This document shows, piece by piece, positions 56,070-64,000 of a DNA stretch of 64,000 nt. Source of the DNA: SAR324 cluster bacterium. GTDB lineage: Bacteria; SAR324; XYD2-FULL-50-16. The notes under the pieces are model-generated. The model had not been told where the DNA came from. It made no database searches and saw only the letters and a program-made list of their open reading frames with translations. Position numbers and translations under genes: made by a program. The stretch is taken from the NCBI GenBank assembly GCA_028282885.1, contig JANQGX010000058.1, positions 68,078 through 132,077 of the forward strand. Reading direction: 5' to 3'. Each line of letters begins with the position of its first letter. Position 1 is the stretch's first letter.

Positions 56070-57332
56070 TTATCTCACCTTGAAGTAGATCATCATGGCA
56101 ATCACGAGCAACGCAACCGATCTGATATGATTTTTCCAGATAACCTTATTGTTGATATGCTCTTGTTTCACATACTTGTCTTCGTCCGGGATATTCCCTA
56201 TTCCCAGTCTCTTCAAGAACTCGTGCCAGACCGAGACAATCTCCATCGAGCCTTCGCGGTACTTCAACATAGCCTGCTGATGGTGATGAAACGGCGCCTT
56301 ATAGAAAAAACGGTACTTTTCTGCCCATTCCCTGCCGTTTCTGCGCAGCATAATTTTAAACCACAATCTCTGAATCATGGAGCTGATAGCAGCCAGAACG
56401 AATGTCCCTCCCACTATTGGCAGGTAAAGCTCCGCCTTGATAAAAATGAACATGGAACAAACGGCGGCTCCCATTCCCAAGGAACCCACATCTCCCATAT
56501 AAATCTGTGCGGGCGGCGAATTGAATTTCAGAAAAGCGGCGCAGGCGGCAATAATGGATACGGCAAAAATGGCAACCTCTTTAATCTCTTCCGAAAGGTA
56601 GAGCAGCTTTAGCCTATCGCTCCAATCAGCGTCTCCGGCTATAACGGCGGCTGATGCCACAAACACGGCACATGTCGCAATAGGTACGGTTGCCAGAGAG
56701 TCCAAACCGTCCGTCAAATTGACCGCATTGGCACCCCCCACGAAAATCAAGGCTGTAAATGGGATGAAAAGATAGGGATGCATTTCCGGGAACCAGTTCT
56801 TCATAGGAATTCCGGGAATATGAATCCTGCCGTCAATCCCTTCAAAAAACAGGTAAAAGATAGCAATGACCAGTAAGGCTATCACAAACTCCAGGACAAG
56901 CCGGAAATCACCACGGATCCCGTCTGCTTTGTCGGCGTAGGAGTTTCTTTTGGTCAGCCCGGCTTCTATTCTCCTTTTATGAATGACCTTGACGACGTCA
57001 TCAATGGCACCAATGGTGGCAAAAGAGGCTATGGTGATGAACAGAGCGATAGTATATTCATTCATCCAGGACCACAACAGAGCCGAAAACATAATGACCG
57101 GTATCAGGATAAGCCCACCCATAATGGGCGTTGCACCGTTATACGGACCGGTTTTGTCTACCGAACCACTTTTAAAATCGGACGTGATGTTCTTGTGTCT
57201 GAAAGTTCTGATAGCGGCAGGCATCATGAAACTGATCAAGAAATAGGTTGTCAGAAAGGTAAGACCGCCCCGGAAAAACACCGATTTAAATATTTGATAT
57301 GGGAGAATGTAGTAAAGAAGGTCCGCCAGCAT
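56070..57332 (-). CDS. mraY: Phospho-N-acetylmuramoyl-pentapeptide transferase (divergent, outside the dcw cluster)
   Basis: TPIMGG, IGAIDD, NAVNLTDGLD, FN..PAQIYMGDVGS and APFHHH. Confidence 0.88.
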   Translation of the reverse strand: MLADLLYYILPYQIFKSVFFRGGLTFLTTYFLISFMMPAAIRTFRHKNITSDFKSGSVDKTGPYNGATPIMGGLILIPVIMFSALLWSWMNEYTIALFITIASFATIGAIDDVVKVIHKRRIEAGLTKRNSYADKADGIRGDFRLVLEFVIALLVIAIFYLFFEGIDGRIHIPGIPMKNWFPEMHPYLFIPFTALIFVGGANAVNLTDGLDSLATVPIATCAVFVASAAVIAGDADWSDRLKLLYLSEEIKEVAIFAVSIIAACAAFLKFNSPPAQIYMGDVGSLGMGAAVCSMFIFIKAELYLPIVGGTFVLAAISSMIQRLWFKIMLRRNGREWAEKYRFFYKAPFHHHQQAMLKYREGSMEIVSVWHEFLKRLGIGNIPDEDKYVKQEHINNKVIWKNHIRSVALLVIAMMIYFKVR

Positions 57333-57341
57333 CGCCTTTTC

Positions 57342-57977
57342 TCAGTTCCAATATTGATTGAATGGATTGAATTGTCGCTCTCTTCCGATCTTTGTGGCAC
57401 CCATATGTCCACAGTACACATTGATTTCGTCATCCAACGGCATCAGTTTGTTCTTGATGGATTGCATCAGTATCTCCATGGAACCGCCCGGGAGATCTGT
57501 TCTACCAATACTGCCGGCAAACAGGGTATCGCCCACAAAGACATCGTTTTTAAAGAGAAAACAGACGCCGCCGGGCGAATGCCCAGGTGTTTCAAGGACC
57601 GTGAAGCTTTCCGATCCGAAGGTGTAGGTTTTGGCGGGATCAATATACTCGGAAATCTGAGGAGGTGTCATCTCCGGCATCCCAAACATCAACAAACTTT
57701 GAGCGAAAGCTTCCGGCTGAATGAAGGGTTCCTCGTCCTTGTGAAGTAAAAAAGGCACGTTTTTAGTTTTTTGAATTTCATGAACCGCTCCCACATGATC
57801 GAAATGCGCGTGCGTGTTGATGATATATTTGAGATCAAGTTCCTCGTTGTCGATTTCATTCATGATTCTTCCGGGCTCTCCACCTGGATCGATCAAAATA
57901 GCTTCCTTGCTTGATTCACATACCAGCAGGTAACAATTGGTGCCGATAGGGGCTACGGTTAAGGTTTTGATAATCAT
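57342..57977 (-). CDS. MBL-fold metallo-hydrolase (glyoxalase II-like YcbL/GloC)
   Basis: TNCY, IDPG, THAHFDHVG, PGHSPG, GDTLF..SIGRTD and GH. Confidence 0.92.
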   Translation of the reverse strand: MIIKTLTVAPIGTNCYLLVCESSKEAILIDPGGEPGRIMNEIDNEELDLKYIINTHAHFDHVGAVHEIQKTKNVPFLLHKDEEPFIQPEAFAQSLLMFGMPEMTPPQISEYIDPAKTYTFGSESFTVLETPGHSPGGVCFLFKNDVFVGDTLFAGSIGRTDLPGGSMEILMQSIKNKLMPLDDEINVYCGHMGATKIGRERQFNPFNQYWN

Positions 57978-57998
57978 ATTTAAATCTCCCTGGTTGGG

Positions 57999-59492
57999 TT
58001 AGCTTTCCCGCATGAGTGGAAAAAGGATAACGTCCCTGATACTGGCTTGATCCGTCAGTAACATCACCATCCTGTCGATTCCAAGCCCTGTTCCCCCAGT
58101 CGGTGGCATACCGTATTCCAGCGCCTGGATGAAGTCCTCATCCATGGGATGTGTCTCCTCCTCACCTCCCCGGCCCCTGTCCACCTGATCCTGAAAAAAC
58201 TTCCGTTGTAGAATTGGATCGTTCAATTCACTGTAAGCGTTGCCCAATTCCCATCCGTTCATATAGGGTTCAAACCGTTCCACCAGTCCCTGTTCGCTCC
58301 TGTGCATCTTGCATAGTGGAGTGGTTTCCATTGGATGGTCGGTAATAAAAACGGGTTGAACCAGGTGATCTTCGCAATAGAGTTCAAAAATTTCCGCGGT
58401 GGCAAGGCCTCTGTTGTATTGGCCTTCAAGCTCAACTCCCCTGGACTTGAGAATCGCAGCGATCTCGTCATCTGATTTTTCATCAATCTCAAATCCACCA
58501 TATTTTTTGATGGCATCCTTCATCGTCAACCTTTCCCAGGGAGGAGTAAGATCCAGTTCAACACCCTGGTAGGTAATTTTGGTGGTACCGTTCACGGCAA
58601 GACAAGCTTCTTTATAGATGGTTTCGAAGTGAACCATCATATCGTTATAATCGGCATAGGCCTGGTAATATTCCACCTGGGTGAATTCGGGATTATGTGT
58701 TCGGTCAATGCCTTCGTTCCTGAAATCCTTGACTATTTCGTATACCCTATTGATACCACCAACAATACATCGCTTCAGATATAACTCGTTGGAAATCCGC
58801 AGGTACAGCTTCATATCCAGGGCGTTATGATGGGTCTCAAACGGATGGGCATTGGCCCCCCCATAGATACTTTGCAGAGTCGGCGTTTCAACTTCCAGAA
58901 AACCGTTTCGCTCCAGATAGTTGCGAATTGTCTGGACAATCAAGGCTCTTTTTTTAAAGATGTCTGCCACCCGGTCATTTAGCACCAGGTCTACATGTCT
59001 CTGCCTGTACCGTTGTTCAATATTCTTGAATTGGTCGAAGACAACCTTCTCACCATCCACCATTTTCTCTTTCGGAACAGGTAAGGGCCTGATTGCTTTG
59101 CACAAGACCTCAAACCGTTTCACATTGATGGTCAGTTCTCCGGTTTTGGTCGTAAACAGTGCACCTTCAACACCGATAAAATCTCCCAGGTCCAGGCACT
59201 TGAAAACTTCATATGCTTCATCACCGACAGCTTTTTTGGAGACATAAAGCTGAATTCTCTCCCTTTCATTTTTCAGATTACAAAAGGCAGTTTTGCCCTG
59301 CCTCCTGAAAGCCAGCAATCTTCCGCATACCTTAACCTCTTCTTGGCTTTCGATCAGGGCGTCCCTCTGTTCCTTCAGTTGTTTAATCGATTGATTCTCC
59401 TGAAACTTATAGGGAAAGGGATCTACACCCTGGGACCTCAGCCGTTCGAGTTTTTCGAGGCGTACGTTCATCTGATTACTGATTTCACTCAT
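57999..59492 (-). CDS. lysS: Lysine--tRNA ligase (class II)
   Basis: RYRQR, EVETP, FRNEG...HNPEF, ERFE, NAYSELNDP and YGMPPTGG.G.GIDR. Confidence 0.98.
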   Translation of the reverse strand: MSEISNQMNVRLEKLERLRSQGVDPFPYKFQENQSIKQLKEQRDALIESQEEVKVCGRLLAFRRQGKTAFCNLKNERERIQLYVSKKAVGDEAYEVFKCLDLGDFIGVEGALFTTKTGELTINVKRFEVLCKAIRPLPVPKEKMVDGEKVVFDQFKNIEQRYRQRHVDLVLNDRVADIFKKRALIVQTIRNYLERNGFLEVETPTLQSIYGGANAHPFETHHNALDMKLYLRISNELYLKRCIVGGINRVYEIVKDFRNEGIDRTHNPEFTQVEYYQAYADYNDMMVHFETIYKEACLAVNGTTKITYQGVELDLTPPWERLTMKDAIKKYGGFEIDEKSDDEIAAILKSRGVELEGQYNRGLATAEIFELYCEDHLVQPVFITDHPMETTPLCKMHRSEQGLVERFEPYMNGWELGNAYSELNDPILQRKFFQDQVDRGRGGEEETHPMDEDFIQALEYGMPPTGGTGLGIDRMVMLLTDQASIRDVILFPLMRES

Positions 59493-59667
59493 TGCTTGTG
59501 ACCTTTTGTCTTTGGAGGTTTCCTGCTCCCTGGCAGAATGTTAAGCGTTTTTTGCCTAAACTTTTACGTTGCCTTTTTCCGGTAAGGTCCGTCAAATCCT
59601 TTTTACGGCAGATATTGCTGATGATTAAAAACAAAATCTGCTCTTTTACATCCTCGGATTCCGTTTG

Positions 59668-60690
59668 TTAAATCGAAGAGGGTTCCAACAGGAGATGTCT
59701 GATTCTTTCCAATACGGATGGTTCCATATCAGCAGCCTTTAACAGATATTGAAAGGCATCCCCGTAATCAGAGGTCAGCCGAAACAGAAACTGCTGAATG
59801 GCATTCAGAGGTGCTGTCAGAAAAGGTTCCAGTTTTTTCGTGTCCAGATTCTGTGAATCGAGTCTGGCTCTGATGTTATCGATAACCGGCGCTATACACT
59901 CGTTGGAAAGCTGGTGATCTTCAATTATCTGCCCCTCGGTAATCCCCAACAATGAGAGTAAAAGAGCCGCACAAGCACCTGATCTGTCCTTTCCGCCGGT
60001 ACAATGAAAAACCAACGGAAGGTTGTTTTCGTCACTTATCAAAGAAAAGACCTCTCTCCATGTCGTCTGACAGCGGTCCAGGTAGGATTCATAGTTTTTC
60101 ACCATGAAATCGGACGCCGGCCAGTCTCCTTCACCCTTTAGCAACAGGTCCATGGCGGTGGCAAAGTCAAACTCTCCGCTTTTAACAGGCAGGTGTATTC
60201 TTCTGATTTTAGATCCTTTTGACCGCAAATCCGGTGACTTTTCTATCTCCTTCTCAGTTCGGAAATCGATGATGGTTTGGATCGAAAGATTTTGCAATAA
60301 CCTGTTGTCATTTTCAGTCATCCGGAACAGACCGTCTGCCCGATAGACAAGTCCCCATCTGGTTACCTTCCCTTCTTTATTATGATAACCTCCCAAATCA
60401 CGAAAATTGGCAGCACCTTCGAAATGAATTTTTCTTTCGCCAAACGTATATATTCTGTTGCCGCTATCCCTGACTTGGAAAAGAACTCTTCTAAAAGGAG
60501 GCAGTTCAGTCAGTTCATACTCACCATCCCAGGTTTCCGCGACAAATACCCAGTCTGACTCGGTAATACCGGTTTCCGACTTGTATATCCTGAAAGGGGG
60601 TTTTATACACTTTGATAGCTGTTTCAGGATAAGCGTGTTTTTATCTGTACGAATCGCATATGGATAGAGATTCTTTAATCTGTCAGCCAT
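59668..60690 (-). CDS. Tyrosine-protein phosphatase family (PtpB/LipA-like)
   Basis: NFRDLGGY, IIDFRT and the FHCTGGKDRSG CX5R loop. Confidence 0.9.
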   Translation of the reverse strand: MADRLKNLYPYAIRTDKNTLILKQLSKCIKPPFRIYKSETGITESDWVFVAETWDGEYELTELPPFRRVLFQVRDSGNRIYTFGERKIHFEGAANFRDLGGYHNKEGKVTRWGLVYRADGLFRMTENDNRLLQNLSIQTIIDFRTEKEIEKSPDLRSKGSKIRRIHLPVKSGEFDFATAMDLLLKGEGDWPASDFMVKNYESYLDRCQTTWREVFSLISDENNLPLVFHCTGGKDRSGACAALLLSLLGITEGQIIEDHQLSNECIAPVIDNIRARLDSQNLDTKKLEPFLTAPLNAIQQFLFRLTSDYGDAFQYLLKAADMEPSVLERIRHLLLEPSSI

Positions 60691-60865
60691 ATCAATTGTT
60701 CAGTTTGTCATAAGTTGTTTATTAAACATCCCGGCCGTCTGGTATCCATCAGATATCGAACCCTCGCTGGGTCTTGGTCCTCACTATGGACTGATTCCCA
60801 AAAGACTGGTAAAAATGATAGAGAGTCTATTGAAACTGATCTAACAACCGCCTTGACCAATCAAC

Positions 60866-61579
60866 ATGAGATATCTCACTTTTCTCGGCACTTTGCCGGT
60901 TATAATCATCCTACTGTCTGCCTGTTCACCATCGTCTCAGACAACCCTTTCGGAAGTCATTCCCGGGCATAACAAGGAAGCTGTTTCCGAAAGAAAAAAA
61001 ATCGGAGAAACAAAGACACATCCGGAAACGGCCGATATAATGGGAAAATCCGTGGCTGTGTTTACAGTAGTTGTTACCCCCGACGCACCCCAAGCCCTGG
61101 TAGAGTCCCTTCACCACAAGCTTCTGAAAAGGTTGAGTGATAACGGTCTTTATGAGCTTGTTCTTAGTGATCAGGTTCTCAACGAGAGATTGAGTGCAAA
61201 TCCCAAACTGGTTCAGGCAAAGGAGATTTATCTGGATAGTTTAACTGCCGTATCGGTCTCGGACAAGGACATCTCCAATCCTTTGGGAAAAACGTTGAAA
61301 GTAGAGAATTTGCTCATTTTTCAGCTCGATCAATGGCCATGCACGGGTTGTAGACAAAGTAGCACCCTCAGAATGAAACTCCGGCTGGTGGACAGTGAAA
61401 GCAGCTTCGTTCTTTGGACAGGGATTGCGGAAATCCAAAAGGTAACCCAAAAAGAATTGGAAGATCCGGACGCCCTGGGATTGAATCTCGCAGACCAGCT
61501 AATAGATGAGTTTTATCTCTGTTTCATGAAAAAGTGGCATCGTAAACGATTTGATAATCTGGCAAAACTTGCCAGTTGA
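60866..61579 (+). CDS. Hypothetical lipoprotein (CsgG/LpoB-like alpha/beta fold suggested)
   Basis: Lipobox LLSAC and LG..LKV..L...MKLRLVD.E...VLWTG pattern. Confidence 0.7.
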   Translation: MRYLTFLGTLPVIIILLSACSPSSQTTLSEVIPGHNKEAVSERKKIGETKTHPETADIMGKSVAVFTVVVTPDAPQALVESLHHKLLKRLSDNGLYELVLSDQVLNERLSANPKLVQAKEIYLDSLTAVSVSDKDISNPLGKTLKVENLLIFQLDQWPCTGCRQSSTLRMKLRLVDSESSFVLWTGIAEIQKVTQKELEDPDALGLNLADQLIDEFYLCFMKKWHRKRFDNLAKLAS

Positions 61580-61594
61580 TACAATGAGCAAGTC

Positions 61595-62152
61595 ATGAGC
61601 AAATCGTCTGATAAAGAGAGGAATCCCGAGCTAAAAGACAATCCTTTGGTAAATTACCTTGTTCTGTTCCAAAATCAGCACAAGGTGGTCTCGACTTTAT
61701 ACAGAGGGCTGATCATCTCTCTTTTTGGATTCTTTATTCTTTTGAGTTTTCTGGTTTTTTCTATCTTTGATAGTGCAGTGTTCCCCTTTTGGGGAAAGGT
61801 TGTCATTATCACTATCGATGTTCTTCTATTGGTGGGAATTGGCAAAGCCTTCTACGAGCTGGGAAAGTACAAAAAAAAGAGTCTCTCCGTGCTCAACCAG
61901 GTTTATGAGTACCTTAAAAACGATCTGGCAAAGCTTGAAGAGATAAAACGGGAAAACAGGGTTATTGAGCAGGCAAATAAGAAGCTACAAAATAAGGTAC
62001 TTTCTCTCTATCCTGAATCAAAGAAACACGTCATCGAGAACTACCAGGGTTGGGACAGTCAGATCTGTCCTAATTGTCACACTGCTTTGGAAATGTTGAC
62101 CGAGGTTTGCCCCCAATGCCAACATCATTTGGGTAAGACATATACGAATTGA
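61595..62152 (+). CDS. Hypothetical 2-TM protein with coiled coil and C-terminal zinc ribbon
   Basis: Two hydrophobic helices and CPNC...CPQC. Confidence 0.75.
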   Translation: MSKSSDKERNPELKDNPLVNYLVLFQNQHKVVSTLYRGLIISLFGFFILLSFLVFSIFDSAVFPFWGKVVIITIDVLLLVGIGKAFYELGKYKKKSLSVLNQVYEYLKNDLAKLEEIKRENRVIEQANKKLQNKVLSLYPESKKHVIENYQGWDSQICPNCHTALEMLTEVCPQCQHHLGKTYTN

Positions 62153-62174
62153 ACGATACTTGCCGGTTAAGCTG

Positions 62175-63887
62175 TTAATTTCTCGCCACCATTGAATTCA
62201 CAATCATCTGCCGCTTTTTCTCCCCCCTGAAGTTATTCTCACCAAGGGTTACTGCAAGGTCATAGTAGTTCCCATGTTTATGAGTGTCAGCCCCATTCCA
62301 ATGAATCAGTTCCAAATCCGGCTCCAGCACCCATTTCAAATGTTTACCTGTCATTGTTGTGGGAACCGGCAGTTTCACCCTGGAGACGTAGAAAACCGGT
62401 TTCCTGTTTTTATGTCCATACGGTTCCAGGATTTTTAGCTTATCGATCAGGGAAAACGTCATCATGTCCAGTTTAACTTCGATGCCTGCCTGTACCGCCT
62501 GGGGCGAATTCTTTGGAATCAACTCTGCGCAAACATCGGTATACTTCTGATGAAACTCTTCCAGGTTTTCCTTCTTCAGACTACAACCCGCAGCATTAGC
62601 ATGTCCGCCATACTGCAGTAGAAGATCATCACACCGGCTCAGAATCTTTATAATATTTTGATTCTTGGACCGGCAGGAGGCTTTAAGAATACCGTTTTCT
62701 CCATCGGTCACAACAATGCTGGGAAAATAGAACTGGTCAACCAGTCTGCTGGCGACAACTCCGATTAACCCCTCGTGAAATGATTCGTTATAAATGACAA
62801 TGCCCATATCGTCATTCAACAGGTCTTCCGCCTGCTGTTGGGCCTTTTTTGTCATAATCTGCTGTTTTTTTCTTCTCTTCTGGTTCAGTCGCTCCAGATA
62901 TTGGTAACGGCTATCAGCAACCTGGTCATTATCGGACAAGAGGAAGTTTAATCCTTCCTCGGCATCTTTCATGCGACCGGTGGCATTCAGCAGAGGAGCC
63001 AGATTAAAAGCTATGGATTCACTGTTAAATGATTTGGTTGAGGTTTTTTCAGCAAATACACGCAAGTAACTGTAAAAGCTGTTGGATTTGCCTTCATGCA
63101 GACTCTTGGTCATGCGGTTTAATCCGAACTTGGCAAAAATCCGATTCAGTCCCAATAGAGGTACCTGATCGGCAATTGTCCCCAAGGCAACCAGATCCAG
63201 ATGTTCTGCCAGGTTTGGTTCTTTTCCGTTATTAAGCCAAAATCCCATCTCCCTGAGTCGGGTCCTGACAGCAACCAGGAACATAAAAACCACACCAACA
63301 CCCGACAACTCTTCAAAAGGATATTGACAGGACTCCTGTTTGGGATTCAAAATGGCGCACTCCGGAGTCATCGAATCCTGTGGCAGGTGATGATCTGTCA
63401 CGATGACGTCAGTTCCGCTCTGTTTGATCTGCTCGATTTCGTTTCTGGCAGTTATTCCATTATCCACCGTAATAACGAGTTCCGGATTGGCGGACTGAAT
63501 CACCTTTACAGTCTTTTCAGTTAATCCATAACCATGTAAAAACCGATTGGGAATAAAGCTCTCAAACCTGTCAAAACCCAGTTGCCTGAACATCCGTATC
63601 AGCAATGCTGTGGATGTAATTCCATCCACATCATAGTCGCCAACAACCAAGACTTTCTTCTTCTGCAGAATGGCTTGGATAAAAAGCTCCACCGCAATCT
63701 CTATATCCTTCATTGAAGAGGGATTGGGAATATCGGCCAGAGATGCTTGCAGAAAGGATTTTTGGTAGTTGGAGTCCAGGTTATTGAGTATGGCATTGAT
63801 GATCTGGTCTTCGATAATCAGGTTGGATTGATTATTATACCAGTCATCTATTGGGATTTCTGGGGTTATTGTAACCGGAAAACTCAT
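62175..63887 (-). CDS. recJ: Single-stranded DNA exonuclease RecJ
   Basis: GDYDVDGITS, PNR...GYG, TVDNGI, TDHH, GTIAD and GGH..AAG. Confidence 0.96.
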   Translation of the reverse strand: MSFPVTITPEIPIDDWYNNQSNLIIEDQIINAILNNLDSNYQKSFLQASLADIPNPSSMKDIEIAVELFIQAILQKKKVLVVGDYDVDGITSTALLIRMFRQLGFDRFESFIPNRFLHGYGLTEKTVKVIQSANPELVITVDNGITARNEIEQIKQSGTDVIVTDHHLPQDSMTPECAILNPKQESCQYPFEELSGVGVVFMFLVAVRTRLREMGFWLNNGKEPNLAEHLDLVALGTIADQVPLLGLNRIFAKFGLNRMTKSLHEGKSNSFYSYLRVFAEKTSTKSFNSESIAFNLAPLLNATGRMKDAEEGLNFLLSDNDQVADSRYQYLERLNQKRRKKQQIMTKKAQQQAEDLLNDDMGIVIYNESFHEGLIGVVASRLVDQFYFPSIVVTDGENGILKASCRSKNQNIIKILSRCDDLLLQYGGHANAAGCSLKKENLEEFHQKYTDVCAELIPKNSPQAVQAGIEVKLDMMTFSLIDKLKILEPYGHKNRKPVFYVSRVKLPVPTTMTGKHLKWVLEPDLELIHWNGADTHKHGNYYDLAVTLGENNFRGEKKRQMIVNSMVARN

Positions 63888-64000
63888 TTTTTTCCTGTGA
63901 TGACTTTGAAGCGGGCTTTCTTGGAGTCTTTGGAATCGAGTTGTTTGAGATAATATCTGGATTTCTCGACGTATGGAGTAAAAGCAGCGTGGTTAGAGGT
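63884..64000 (-). CDS. 3' end of an upstream gene truncated by the window edge
   Basis: Open frame ...TPYVEKSRYYLKQLDSKDSKKARFKVITGKK* with its TGA overlapping the recJ ATG (ATGA). Confidence 0.65.
   Translation of the reverse strand, partial: TSNHAAFTPYVEKSRYYLKQLDSKDSKKARFKVITGKK

Noticed and set aside
55947-57749. Plus-strand ORFs of 221 and 256 aa
   Set aside because: They are antisense to serS, mraY and the MBL gene and have no recognisable motifs.
54330-59532. 12-mer TGCTCCCTGGCA present in a tRNA spacer and upstream of lysS
   Set aside because: A single 12-nt match is expected by chance in 64 kb.

Overview
This is a gene-dense core-genome segment of a Gram-negative bacterium, probably deltaproteobacteria/SAR324-like (inference from gene content and order). 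I found no CRISPR array, transposase, integrase or prophage. Housekeeping genes include rsmG, gmk, rpmB, dprA, cpoB-like, bamD, tal-kdsD-lpxL-like, ihfB, pspA, rpoN, hisD-hisB, alaS, gmhB, a gspE/gspF-like pair, trpD-trpC-trpF, alaA, recR-ybaB-dnaX, SRP RNA, four tRNAs, serS, mraY, lysS and recJ. The main oddities are five. (1) A co-oriented trio of a double-RCK K+ channel carrying a duplicated relaxase-like insert, a tandem-duplicated cNMP-binding protein and a PilZ-like protein, which is a candidate cyclic-nucleotide/ion signalling module. (2) An isolated pair of a FliN-like protein with about 600 hyper-acidic N-terminal residues and a FliM-like protein lacking the CheY-binding peptide. (3) dnaX is split at an A9 run, so full-length tau needs a -1 frameshift or slippage. 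(4) A long RelA/SpoT homolog has a destroyed HD motif and an E-to-D change in the synthetase motif. (5) Smaller items: a tandem CDP-alcohol phosphotransferase, a rhodanese-NifU fusion, tRNA-Arg(GCG), an effector-less STAND-TPR protein, an orphan mraY and an extremely AT-rich first 220 bp. All family calls come from motif recognition by eye; no database searches were run.
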